A stretch of 64,000 nucleotides of DNA from an uncultured Thermoprotei archaeon (GCA_965367815.1 CBDUKN010000008.1:1-64000); one strand, 5' to 3'; positions 28,829-38,445 are shown, numbered from the stretch's first letter. A program made the numbers and translations. Notes: generated from the sequence alone by a model not told the origin.

Positions 28829-29306
28829 AAAGGAGCTGAAGTTGAAAATCTACTTATTTTCTGCCTGAAGGCAGTGTAGAGTCTTTTGCAGTCTTCTTTG
28901 AGCCAGGGCGGTAGTAGTGGGTCGTTCAGCCAGCTTTCTGCCGCCTTAATTTGCTTTGCTGCATAATCTAGTCTGTTTTCTTTTAAGGCTATTTCTAGCT
29001 CTATTTCGGTTGCCTTTAAGTGAATTTCATATATTTCTTCGTGGTACCTTACTATAATGTCTTTATATATTTTAAATACTTCTTTGCTTCAGAGAGCTCT
29101 ACTAGTTCATGTACTACTAGTAGCGGCTCTTTCAGTACTTCAGTTGAAGAAATATCAGTGTAAGGTGTTTCTGCTTCAAAATACTTTATTAGATCTTCAG
29201 CGCTCACGTTTGCAGGTAACTTGTATCCATGTTTTTCTGACAATTTTTCAACACTTATGACTGCTTTCTCAACTTCTTCTAGTGGAAGATGTGTAGACAC
29301 ACTCAA
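28825..29306 (-). pseudogene. Frameshifted conserved-looking hypothetical gene (HELVE motif)
   Basis: ORF 29052-29306 continues in the -1 frame at TTTAAAA (29070-29076) as KIYKDIIVRYHEEIYEIHLKATEIELE...WLNDPLLP... to a stop at 28825. Confidence 0.65.
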
Positions 29307-29477
29307 GTAGAAAACTCGAGACTATTATGTTTAGTTTCTCGAAGACCTTGGCGTCTTTAATAGTAAGGGTATTAGCCTCTCTTCAATTCTTATACCTAAA
29401 ATAGTTAACATGGTTTGTTGAGGAAAACGCTACATAATAGTCTCGCGCTCTACATGGTTTGCGCGAGTTAACTTCTT

Positions 29478-30620
29478 ATGTATAAAGCTGTTAGAAAACA
29501 CATGCGCTTTACTTACTGCTCCCCGACGAAAATAGTTTTCGGGGAAGGAGTATTGGAAAAAATAGGCGAAGAGGCTAAAGTACTTGGAAATAAAGCGCTA
29601 CTTGTTACAGGTAGAACTTTTGCTAGGAAATACGGCTATGTTAATAAAATATGTTCGTTGCTAAAAAGACATGGGGTAGAATGTATTGTTTTCAGCGAAG
29701 TCGAGCCTAACCCCTCTTATGAGACTGTGGAGAAAGGAGCCGAGGTTGCTCGAAGAGAAGAAGTAGATCTTGTCATAGGCTTTGGTGGAGGAAGCGCTAT
29801 GGATGCTGCAAAAGCTATAGCTGTTTTAACAGCTAAAGGTGGTTCTGCAAAAGACTATATTTACCCTAAGATAATTGAAGAGGAAGTCTTGCCTATAATA
29901 ACTGTTCCAACGACCTGTGGGACGGGAAGCGAGGTAACAAAATACTCTGTGCTAACGGATAGAAGCTCCAGGAGAAAAACAGTAATGGTTGGTCCCGGAA
30001 TAATACCTAGAGTAGCTCTACTAGACCCAAGTGTACTCAAGCATCTTCCACCAAGCCTCACAGCCTACACTGCCTTTGATGCCTTTTCTCATGCTATTGA
30101 AGCATACTGGTCTAAGAGAAGTCAGCCTATATCGGATATATTAGCTATAGAGAGCATAGTTCTCATAGTGGAGAACCTTGTTAAAGCATATGAAGGAGAC
30201 TACGCGGCTAAAGAAAAATTGTTTTTGGCTTCGATGCTAGCGGGCTTAGCTATTAACGCCGCTGGGACAACACTTGTACATGCTTTAGGATACCCACTTA
30301 CCGTATACTACGACCTGCACCACGGTCTAGCTAACGGTCTTCTCCTGCCAGCTGCAATAGAATTTAACAGAGATGCTGTACCGGATAAGCTCAATCACTT
30401 AGTTAGGCGGCTTGGATTCAGCAGTATAGAAGACTTCATCAAAAAAGTCAAGGAACTGTTAGCAAAGACGGGAGTAAAAAAACTGAGAGATTACGGTATA
30501 ACAGAAGATAAAATAGCTTTCCTAGCAGAAGAGGCTGTAACATACTCGAGGAACCTCACTAATAATCCGAGAGAAGTTTCTTTAAAAGACGCTAAACAAA
30601 TATTCAGCAGAATATTCTAA
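29478..30620 (+). CDS. Iron-containing alcohol dehydrogenase
   Basis: GGGSAMD, PTTCGTGSE, DAFSHAIE, HALG, HG. Confidence 0.95.
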   Translation: MYKAVRKHMRFTYCSPTKIVFGEGVLEKIGEEAKVLGNKALLVTGRTFARKYGYVNKICSLLKRHGVECIVFSEVEPNPSYETVEKGAEVARREEVDLVIGFGGGSAMDAAKAIAVLTAKGGSAKDYIYPKIIEEEVLPIITVPTTCGTGSEVTKYSVLTDRSSRRKTVMVGPGIIPRVALLDPSVLKHLPPSLTAYTAFDAFSHAIEAYWSKRSQPISDILAIESIVLIVENLVKAYEGDYAAKEKLFLASMLAGLAINAAGTTLVHALGYPLTVYYDLHHGLANGLLLPAAIEFNRDAVPDKLNHLVRRLGFSSIEDFIKKVKELLAKTGVKKLRDYGITEDKIAFLAEEAVTYSRNLTNNPREVSLKDAKQIFSRIF

Positions 30621-30630
30621 GGGACCTCTT

Positions 30631-30860
30631 TGACCCCCTTTCGGCTCTAGGCCGGCTGGCCTTTCATTGCACCTAGGGGTCAGGCGGGTTACCCCTATTT
30701 GGGCTAGTGGGGTGTCTCCCTATCGGGTAAAGAACTTAATTTATTTTAGTTTATTTAAAGACTTTTTCTCAACCCATTTTTGCTCTTTAATCAAGTATAT
30801 GTATGTCCTAGGATAATTAAGCAGTCTCTTCAATACTGCTCTATCCAAAGAAACACTAGT
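30631..30860 (-). ncRNA. Putative TnpB omegaRNA / IS200-IS605-type right end overlapping the tnpB 3' end
   Basis: Minus strand: GUGUUUCUUU (30856-30847) can pair with AGGGAGACAC; CGGC-CUAGA-GCCG hairpin followed by GGGGGUCA at 30631. Confidence 0.65.
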
Positions 30861-32174
30861 ATTATTCCTCATTATGTTATATGCTGCACTTAAATCCGCG
30901 TTAAATTGTCCACATTTCTTGCACACTACTAGTCCCCTGTAAGGACGCTGAACCCTCTGACCACACACTGGGCAAACACTACTAGTATTCTCTTCACTCA
31001 CCTCAACTACCTCAATACCCCTGACTTCACACTGTCTTCTCAAAGAATCAATTATTTGACGCGGAGCGAAAAATCCTCTAAGCAGTTCTCGAGTACGCTT
31101 CGACACAACTTCTTCAACTAAGTCTTCTCTACTAACACAATAGCATACTGAATTCCCTATGTAGACAACTGAAACACCTTTTTCTTCAAAAAACTCTGCA
31201 ATAAGCCTAGCCATTTGATTAATCGCTTTTTTATGAATCTCTTTTGCTTTTTTCCTAAACCTCCCTGCTTTCTTTAAATACCATTTATATTTACTGAAAA
31301 ACTCTTTCTCCTTCTCCTTATCATTGTTTTCAGAATGTTTAACTGCCTCCCAGAAATACTGGTGAGCAATACGATTCCTACGCCTAGCCAATTTCTCGTT
31401 TTTAAGCCAGTAAGCCCTTAAGGTACCGCTTTTAAAAAGCATTGAAAAAGCCTCGCCACTATCACTGACCCCAATTAAAGCAATTAAATTCCTTGCACCA
31501 ATGTCTACGGCAGCAATACCACTACCCCGAAGCCTCGGAACCTTCAAGGAAACACTGAAAGCAAAGTACCACTTGTTATTTTTCCTAAATATCTCTGCCT
31601 TATTTTTATTGATGCAGTATTCTCCTAGAATCAAGTAGTCATCTGTTAAATAGTGTCTCAACTTTACATCAGGATATTTTAATCCCTTAATGTAGAATAC
31701 TAATCCTTCTTTAAGCTCTGGAACCCATTTAATTTTTCCTCTAACCTCTAGTGAAAACCATTTTCTATTTGAAGAAAACTCTATTTTCTCAGCAATCCAC
31801 TTGTCTCCTTCTCTTACAGCATATACACGGTACTGTCCATTATGCAGAATCACTGGAATATTTCTGAATTCCGGTGGCTTAGCCTTAAACCCTCTTCTTT
31901 TAACAGAAATATAGCTTTCCCATGCCTCAAGAACTTTTCTTGAAGCCTCATTAGCAGCAGTACTAGAAGCATTATTTCTCCGCAGAACTCTATAGACTTC
32001 TAAAACATTAGGAAACCTATGATTTACTCGATAATACTGTTTAACGAAACTATTTGCTACATCAAAGTACTTCTTGAATTCTTTCCTAAGCTCTTCCAAA
32101 AACCTCTCTAATTCCTCATCTACCTCTATTCTTAAAACATTCGTCCTAATTATCTCAACAACCTCCCGCCTCAC
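30741..32174 (-). CDS. tnpB: TnpB RNA-guided nuclease (no tnpA), RuvC-II-rearranged type
   Basis: AVDIG (RuvC-I), VYIGN (G in place of E), VSEENTSSVCPVCG (alternative E plus Zn finger), NADLSAAYNI (RuvC-III). Confidence 0.9.
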   Translation of the reverse strand: MRREVVEIIRTNVLRIEVDEELERFLEELRKEFKKYFDVANSFVKQYYRVNHRFPNVLEVYRVLRRNNASSTAANEASRKVLEAWESYISVKRRGFKAKPPEFRNIPVILHNGQYRVYAVREGDKWIAEKIEFSSNRKWFSLEVRGKIKWVPELKEGLVFYIKGLKYPDVKLRHYLTDDYLILGEYCINKNKAEIFRKNNKWYFAFSVSLKVPRLRGSGIAAVDIGARNLIALIGVSDSGEAFSMLFKSGTLRAYWLKNEKLARRRNRIAHQYFWEAVKHSENNDKEKEKEFFSKYKWYLKKAGRFRKKAKEIHKKAINQMARLIAEFFEEKGVSVVYIGNSVCYCVSREDLVEEVVSKRTRELLRGFFAPRQIIDSLRRQCEVRGIEVVEVSEENTSSVCPVCGQRVQRPYRGLVVCKKCGQFNADLSAAYNIMRNNTSVSLDRAVLKRLLNYPRTYIYLIKEQKWVEKKSLNKLK

Positions 32175-32345
32175 AGAACACCCCCATCTCCCTCATATCA
32201 TAGTGGAGGGGGTGCCCTGCGGGACGGGAGGCATTAGTATATTTGAAGCATTTTAAAGCAATATACTTCAATTAAACCTACTAATCACAAGAACATTTCT
32301 GTTAAATACTGTATGTTGTTGGATTGATGTTTGCTTAATGCTGTT

Positions 32346-32673
32346 ATCAACCCGCCTGGCCCCCAGGCTGGGGTCTGGGCATCTTACTTGTATTCTGAGT
32401 GTCTCCCGTGGGAGAAGGCTAGGAGAATACTCCTGCATTCCCGTAGAGGGTTAAGAGTATTCTCTCGGAGACTCAAGCACTCCTGTGGTTTATCATTGTC
32501 TCGAAGACAAGTACCCCCCATCGCTCCGTAAAGAATGGTAGCGGGGGGCTTCTACTCTCTTCTCCCGGGGAGACACCCCACGTAGCTCTAGTAGCTGTGG
32601 GCCTGGGGTGGGGCTCACTGAGCCATAGGGCTCTCGCCTCATCGCTACTCTACCCTAGAGGTAGAGTGGGTCA
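32346..32673 (+). ncRNA. About 330-nt highly structured RNA-like element related to the tnpB omegaRNA
   Basis: Many long helices with G-U pairs favouring the plus strand; shares AACCCGCCTG, GGGAGACACCCCAC and a CTAGA-loop hairpin plus GGGTCA end with the tnpB 3' module. Confidence 0.55.
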
Positions 32674-32801
32674 TCTAAAGTAATAGTTGTTTCAGAGATA
32701 TATAAGCTGTTTGCATAAATAGCCATACAGTATATTAGTTTCCATGACTCAATTAAAACAAAATTCTCCTCCCTTATAGCTCTCCACAACTACTTCTTTC
32801 A

Positions 32802-32936
32802 GAGCGATAGGAGTGGGCTAGAGGGCGGCGATGAGGAACCGTGTAGGGGTGCCTGAAGCCCTATTGTCTCCGAACCAAACCCCCTAGAGAGGAATGCTGG
32901 TTTAGAAGCAACAGAACCCTCCCCCACCCCTCTCCA
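32802..32936 (+). ncRNA. Candidate K-turn-containing (H/ACA-like) ncRNA
   Basis: GC-rich intergenic hairpin AGGGC-GGCGATGA...CTGA-AGCCCT inside GGAG/CTCC stems; ACA box not canonical. Confidence 0.4.
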
Positions 32937-33178
32937 AGTATTCTTTATTTACCTACTTTAATTTAGGTATTCATGCAGTGCTCGAGTCCTCACTTCAGAG
33001 GACGATGAGTAGCTTAAGTATAGGTTACCTGGAGAGTTTAAGGTGAGTGATAAAATAATCTGGTCATGGATTAATAAAATGAAAGGCTCCACAGAAGACA
33101 GAAGCTGAATTCGGCTTGGAAATAAACTATGAAGGCTTATCTTCAAGAGACATAGCGCTCTTAGCCCTTAAACACGAC

Positions 33179-33829
33179 TTAGTGAGAGGCAGAGGACGCA
33201 GGAGTAGCTCTTGTTTTCTCAGTTTCTGGCGGAGGTGTTTTGAGAGGTATTTCAAAAGTTGGTGTTAGGACTTTAATTTTGCGTACTTCACACTTTCTTA
33301 GAGGATAGATTTTCTTTGCTCTATTGAAGATTTCGGAAGAGATTTTGCCGAGAACAGCCTCCTGTATAAAGGCGTCAAAGTCGAGCTTTGCTGCAAATTC
33401 CTCGACTATTTCCTTCATAATTTTTCTTATGGCTTTCTTCTGCGAAGTCTTTGCTCTGTGCAGAGTAATTGCCATTACCATAACTCTTAGATGCACTCCG
33501 TCCTTTGTATGTACATCGAAAATGCCGTCTATTTTCGAAGACCCTCTTCTCACAAGGCTTCTAATATAGTCTCTTGTGAGCTCAAAGCCTTTAAACTGTG
33601 TATAGGCTTTATTTCCTTCAACTTTGACTATCTGGAACTTTAATTTATACGGTAGCTGGGTAATATCTTTAGTTAAGTCGAATAAGCTGACCTCTATTGT
33701 TCTTCTCAATAAATGTTCATCAGTTAGAGCTGGCACTAAGCCTAGCTCAGCAAACCCAAATGCACTTGATGCGTAGACTGTATACCATTTTTTAAGACTC
33801 CATTTATCTCGACGCCTTCTCTCAGACAA
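33179..33829 (-). CDS. rps3ae: 30S ribosomal protein S3Ae (eS1)
   Basis: DKWSLKKWY...DYIRSLVRRGSSKID...KKIYPLRKCEVRK. Confidence 0.97.
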   Translation of the reverse strand: MSERRRRDKWSLKKWYTVYASSAFGFAELGLVPALTDEHLLRRTIEVSLFDLTKDITQLPYKLKFQIVKVEGNKAYTQFKGFELTRDYIRSLVRRGSSKIDGIFDVHTKDGVHLRVMVMAITLHRAKTSQKKAIRKIMKEIVEEFAAKLDFDAFIQEAVLGKISSEIFNRAKKIYPLRKCEVRKIKVLTPTFEIPLKTPPPETEKTRATPASSASH

Positions 33830-33882
33830 GCTTATCCACCCTCACACACCTTTTAGCGACATTAAGTCTTTAATTCTAGTAT

Positions 33883-34143
33883 TTAAATTTGACTTACGTT
33901 TTTCAGAGATCTGTACACTGCACACATACACCTTAATATATCATTAACTGTCTGCTTGACTCTCTCTATTTTACCGCTTGTATCTCTAATAATAATGTTT
34001 AAGCTCTTGTTATGCACAGACATCTCTATTGTTAGTCCGGCAGGGAGCACTAGGTTATCAGGTGATAGCGCTACGTGCATGCTTTTGAGAACTTTATCGT
34101 TTGAATGCGATATTTTAAGCAGTAGAGCTATTTCTTCGCTCAA
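33883..34143 (-). CDS. pcc1: KEOPS subunit Pcc1
   Basis: ALSPDN motif, size, and conserved position between the DHH gene and S3Ae. Confidence 0.75.
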   Translation of the reverse strand: MSEEIALLLKISHSNDKVLKSMHVALSPDNLVLPAGLTIEMSVHNKSLNIIIRDTSGKIERVKQTVNDILRCMCAVYRSLKNVSQI

Positions 34144-35576
34144 GGTATCTCTTTTTCCAACTTTCTTAGAAATAGATTAACTTTTTCTTCTAGCAGCGTG
34201 GCTCCAGCAGCTTTTTCATGTCCTCCAGCTTCTCCACCTATATCTTCGGCTATTTCAGATATAGTTGCTCCCAGAGAAAAACTAGGTATTTCTCTAAGTA
34301 CTCTCAGCGATATTTTTACATGCTTAGGTTTTGACGACGATGCTAGTAAAGCCAGAACTTTATATGCTCGAAAATCAGGTTTAGTTGAAATTATTGACGA
34401 TAGTGCTCCACTAAGTCTTTCATTTACTATGCCTATACAGTCGACGACAATAGTTTTACTTAAGTAGTTTATTGGAATTTCTTCGTTTTCAATCATATTC
34501 AGTACTTCCTTTAGAGTTTTTCTATATTTAGTAAGCACAGATAAAACTTGCTCGTAGTAATCTATTTTGTTTAAACATATCATTAATCCTACCCACTCTT
34601 CGTTAAGCCTACCACATGCATTTAACAGTACTGCGAATTCTCTGGCATCATAAAGCTCGGGATACTTGTAAAAGCTATTAATGAAGTATGAATATCCTAG
34701 AAGTTTTTCCGCTTCCTGTGGAGGCACTCCCTCTGATATCATGTATTTTACTAGCTCTATTACAAGTTTTCTAACTTCGCCTTCACTAAGATCATTTATC
34801 ATTTTTGGACGACCATCGCTGAAAAATGGTTCTATAGAAATACTTCTGAGAAATTCTATACATGCTTTTTCGTCCCCGCTTAAGCCCGGTATAAATGGGT
34901 CAATTGTATACTCTAGACACTTATACAGTGGTCTACGTCTAATACCAAATAGTCTCAAGCCTATCTCTCTGGAAACAATTTTTTTCTCTATAGCTTCATT
35001 TAAAATCAGTTTATTTACACCCAAAAAATCGCACTTCTCTCCTTGGTCTTGGCGGTCTCCTAGAGCCCCTATAAGAGCTAAATGCACTACTTTTTCGCTA
35101 ATTTTGCTGTCAAGCTCCTTTACCATTAAGTAAGCTAGCCCCGATGAACTTACATGTAAAGACCCATTTACTCCATGTCTCCACGGATTTACTTCAAGGA
35201 AAAATTTAGTTGTCTCCGGAGCCTCTTGCGGAGGAGTATGGTGATCTATTACTGCTATTTTCTTCGAGTATTTTTGAGAAAAATTAGACAATAGGCTTCC
35301 GTGCCTACTACCCATATCACATAGTATTATGCTGTTATAGTGCTTGCATTCGCTTACTACTTTTTCTAAATCTTCTGCAGATGGCTGTTCTATTATCTTT
35401 AAGTGAAAAACTGCGTTCTTTTCAATAAGTAAGTGCACTAGAACAGATGCTGCTGTTAGACCGTCTGCATCATAGTGGGAAAGGAGAAGGACTGGCTCTT
35501 CTTCAATAAAGTCTTCTAGCTGACTTGCTTTCTGAGAAATATGCTTTAAAAACTCTTCAGTAGCTTCATTTGACAT
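34140..35576 (-). CDS. DHH-family RecJ/GAN-like nuclease
   Basis: HYDADG, CDMG, IDHH, GGH..AAG. Confidence 0.9.
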   Translation of the reverse strand: MSNEATEEFLKHISQKASQLEDFIEEEPVLLLSHYDADGLTAASVLVHLLIEKNAVFHLKIIEQPSAEDLEKVVSECKHYNSIILCDMGSRHGSLLSNFSQKYSKKIAVIDHHTPPQEAPETTKFFLEVNPWRHGVNGSLHVSSSGLAYLMVKELDSKISEKVVHLALIGALGDRQDQGEKCDFLGVNKLILNEAIEKKIVSREIGLRLFGIRRRPLYKCLEYTIDPFIPGLSGDEKACIEFLRSISIEPFFSDGRPKMINDLSEGEVRKLVIELVKYMISEGVPPQEAEKLLGYSYFINSFYKYPELYDAREFAVLLNACGRLNEEWVGLMICLNKIDYYEQVLSVLTKYRKTLKEVLNMIENEEIPINYLSKTIVVDCIGIVNERLSGALSSIISTKPDFRAYKVLALLASSSKPKHVKISLRVLREIPSFSLGATISEIAEDIGGEAGGHEKAAGATLLEEKVNLFLRKLEKEIP

Positions 35577-36022
35577 TAGCCGAATATACTTATTCTCTCT
35601 ATTTTATACTCCCAGTCTGGAGGAAGCACTCCTTTTCTCTTATAGTACTTAACTAATCTAGCTATTTTTGCTTCAACTAGCTGAAGCCCTCTCTTGGAGT
35701 GCAAGTCTTTCGGATGCTCCTCTAAGTGTTTTCTTATTTTTATAGCCCTCTTTATTAAATTAGCTAAGTCCTCGGGTATCTGAGGAGCTAAACCATGCTC
35801 CTTTAGTATCTGACATATCTTCTTACCAGTTATTTGCTTTACTAGAGGTATTCCATACTGGTCTCTTAGGATAATACCTATCATTGAGGGAGGATACCCT
35901 CTTCTAGCTAGCGTTACGACTAGATTCTCTACTTCTTCAGGAGCGTACTTTACCCATGATGGAGGCGTTCTCCTCGCAGGTCTTGTTGAATGTGATTTAC
36001 CCTTCTTTTTTCGCTTATTCAC
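35576..36022 (-). CDS. rps15: 30S ribosomal protein S15 (uS15)
   Basis: GKSHSTRP...[12 protein letters not shown]...[11 protein letters not shown]. Confidence 0.97.
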   Translation of the reverse strand: MNKRKKKGKSHSTRPARRTPPSWVKYAPEEVENLVVTLARRGYPPSMIGIILRDQYGIPLVKQITGKKICQILKEHGLAPQIPEDLANLIKRAIKIRKHLEEHPKDLHSKRGLQLVEAKIARLVKYYKRKGVLPPDWEYKIERISIFG

Positions 36023-36096
36023 AGGAAGTATCGAAGACTAAGGGGTAAATATGTTTTGTGCCGAGAAATAGCTTCAGTCTAGCACCAGATTCAACT

Positions 36097-36786
36097 CTAT
36101 TCTTCGTACTTCCTCTTTCTCTCGCTTACATATCGTCCTCGCATTCTAATTTCCTTGATCTTCGATTGTATTTTTTTAGCTATATTTTCGCCTCTAGCTT
36201 TACTGTATCCTTTAATAAAGTGCTTAAAAGCTTCGTATGCGATGGAATAATGTGTACTTTCAAGTGATCGAAGGAATAAGTGTAGGTCTACGCTCTGATC
36301 TTCATAGTCTTTCGAAAATGCGCCTAAGCCGAAGTCGATAAAAGTTATGTCACCAGCGGGTTCTCTTATCATAATATTTGATGTAGTTAGATCTCCGTGA
36401 ACTATACCTGCTTCATGAAGCAAACCTGTATAGTAACCTGATTTCTCCAAGAAAACTGCTACGCTGCTTAGATCTTTCCCGCTGATGACTTCTTTTAAGA
36501 GTTTTCCTTCAATATACTCCATGACAATAGTTGTATTTACCAAATCTATGAAATATACTACAGGTGTAGGCACTCCATTTTTAATACTATAAAACATGAG
36601 TTTTGCCTCGAGTAGTGTTCTACGTTTTCTTAGAGAAATATCTAGTTCTCTACATCTATAGCTCTTGGGAACTCTTATTTTTTTGACCGCGGGTAATTCC
36701 ATAAAAGCTGTTTTCACGATAATCGCTTCAGCGCCCCAGCTTAACACTTCTTCATTGTTCGTCGAACCATGGTACATCGACTTCAT
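36097..36786 (-). CDS. bud32: KEOPS kinase Bud32
   Basis: GAEA, HGDLTTSN, IDFGLG, RGRY. Confidence 0.95.
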   Translation of the reverse strand: MKSMYHGSTNNEEVLSWGAEAIIVKTAFMELPAVKKIRVPKSYRCRELDISLRKRRTLLEAKLMFYSIKNGVPTPVVYFIDLVNTTIVMEYIEGKLLKEVISGKDLSSVAVFLEKSGYYTGLLHEAGIVHGDLTTSNIMIREPAGDITFIDFGLGAFSKDYEDQSVDLHLFLRSLESTHYSIAYEAFKHFIKGYSKARGENIAKKIQSKIKEIRMRGRYVSERKRKYEE

Positions 36787-37759
36787 CTAGTCTCCACCTA
36801 GGCTTTATATAACTTTTTTCTATAGGAACTGTAATATCATGTTTGATACACAAATACCCCGTGTAAGCTATCATGCCTCCATTATCTCCTGCATATTCTT
36901 TTGGAACTGTTTTGAATTCAACTGAGTGAGATGAACACATTTCTTTAAGTTTTCTTTGAAGTAGCTTGCTTCTAGCAACGCCGCCTGTTAGAACTACTAC
37001 TTTTTTCCTTGTGTGGGCTAAGGCTCTTTCAGTTACTTCAACTACCATATCATATGCCGTCTCGACAAAACTGAAGCAAAGGTCTTCTAAAGGCACACCG
37101 CCTGACGCCAGTTCGAGCCCTTTTGTTAAAAGGCCTGAAAGCGATAAATCTTGACCCTTTACTACGTAAGGTAACTCTATGTATCGCTTTCCTTTTTCGG
37201 CATATTTCTCTAAAATCGGCGGACCGGGAAAATTAAGGCCTATTTCTCTAGCGAAAACGTCTAGACAATTTCCTAGAGCTATGTCTAAAGTCTCTCCGAA
37301 TACCCTATATCTCCCATCGCTGTAAGCCGCAATAATAGTGTTTCCTCCCGAAACATATACAACAAGCGGATCTTTTACTTTGAGCAAGTATCGTGCTATT
37401 TCTATGTGTGCAACACAGTGATTTACAGGTACAAGTGGTTTTTCGAAGTAGGCGGCTAACGCCCGCGCAACGCTACAGCCTACTCTAAGGCAGGGACCTA
37501 GACCTGGACCAAATGATGCCGCTATAGCCGAAATATCTTGAATAGATAACCCGGCTGTTGAAAGCGCTTTAGCTAGAACTTCGTGTGCTACTGATGCATG
37601 ATGCTCAGCCGCTTCTCTTGGATGAATACCTCCTTCTGGAGGAATATAACTATCGTTAATGTTTGCTAACAAACCTCGTTTATTCGAAAAAATACCTACC
37701 CCAAAGGTATGGGCTGTAGTCTCTATTCCTAAGACTACGACCTCGCTAGATTTTCTCAT
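36752..37759 (-). CDS. kae1: Kae1 t6A synthase
   Basis: GIETTAHT, VNHCVAH, SGGNT, DNGGMI. Confidence 0.97.
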   Translation of the reverse strand: MRKSSEVVVLGIETTAHTFGVGIFSNKRGLLANINDSYIPPEGGIHPREAAEHHASVAHEVLAKALSTAGLSIQDISAIAASFGPGLGPCLRVGCSVARALAAYFEKPLVPVNHCVAHIEIARYLLKVKDPLVVYVSGGNTIIAAYSDGRYRVFGETLDIALGNCLDVFAREIGLNFPGPPILEKYAEKGKRYIELPYVVKGQDLSLSGLLTKGLELASGGVPLEDLCFSFVETAYDMVVEVTERALAHTRKKVVVLTGGVARSKLLQRKLKEMCSSHSVEFKTVPKEYAGDNGGMIAYTGYLCIKHDITVPIEKSYIKPRWRLDEVDVPWFDEQ

Positions 37760-37787
37760 TAGTTTAGTCCCACTTAGGTAGGCTGAA

Positions 37788-37958
37788 TTACTTGCGCTTA
37801 GTTAAGAAAATAGTGTAGCCACATCTGCCACAGTGATACCGCTCAACAGGCTGCAGATGATGCCCCATTATCGACCCACATCTAGGGCACTTTTTATTTT
37901 TCAACCTAATATATCCCTTTTCGTAATCGTACTCATACAACTTATGTACATGAGCCAT
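37788..37958 (-). CDS. rps27ae: 30S ribosomal protein S27ae (eS31); not in the ORF track
   Basis: Hand translation: MAHVHKLYEYDYEKGYIRLKNKKCPRCGSIMGHHLQPVERYHCGRCGYTIFLTKRK*. Confidence 0.95.
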   Translation of the reverse strand: MAHVHKLYEYDYEKGYIRLKNKKCPRCGSIMGHHLQPVERYHCGRCGYTIFLTKRK

Positions 37959-37967
37959 AGGAATCCC

Positions 37968-38366
37968 CTATGTTTTACTTCGTCTAAGCTCCTCTAATTT
38001 CTTTTTTCTTTCCTCTGGAGGAAGATTTTTAAGTATTATGTGCAGAGGCTCTACTTTTCTAGCTCTTTCGGGAGATCTGTATATATGTACTTCAGCACGA
38101 CTTCTACCTACGCCGAACTCTGTTATCATTTTACGTATATACACAGTATTTATGTCGACTTTGAACTGTGACGCTAGATACTGCCTTACGTCGTATACCC
38201 TTGGGGTCCCCCTTGCAAAGTGGTGTACTATTAGTTCTAACTCCTTTCTTTCGAGCAGTTGGTTATCTCTTTCTTTAAGTATTTCTATCTTGAACTCTGT
38301 TTTAACGGCTTCTGCCATAGCTATTCCTCTAGTTTCACGTCTGAAATTATATAAGTTTAATGCCAT
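37968..38366 (-). CDS. rps24e: 30S ribosomal protein S24e (likely start MAEAVK)
   Basis: NQLLERKEL...GTPR...TEFGVGRS. Confidence 0.93.
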   Translation of the reverse strand: MALNLYNFRRETRGIAMAEAVKTEFKIEILKERDNQLLERKELELIVHHFARGTPRVYDVRQYLASQFKVDINTVYIRKMITEFGVGRSRAEVHIYRSPERARKVEPLHIILKNLPPEERKKKLEELRRSKT

Positions 38367-38445
38367 TTTGTATACCCTGATCTTCAGCTTCTATTGCTCC
38401 TAAAAGCAATTTATTAGAAAATAATTAATATTGTCTGTGCAGACG

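Noticed and set aside
30741-32174. Cas12f/Cas14 effector of the CRISPR array
   Set aside because: About 20 kb from the array, no repeat or anti-repeat nearby, and it has IS200/IS605-like end features
32331-32531. 66-aa ORF and ORF 32958-33146
   Set aside because: Overlap structured or intergenic DNA and have no recognisable motifs
32346-32673. SRP (7S) RNA or RNase P RNA, given size and structure
   Set aside because: No SRP helix 8 motif or RNase P conserved regions on either strand; it shares motifs with the tnpB 3' end instead
32802-32936. RNase P RNA (UGAGGAA, GAAUG and AACAGAA motifs in the right order)
   Set aside because: Only about 135 nt, and the would-be P4 strands are not complementary
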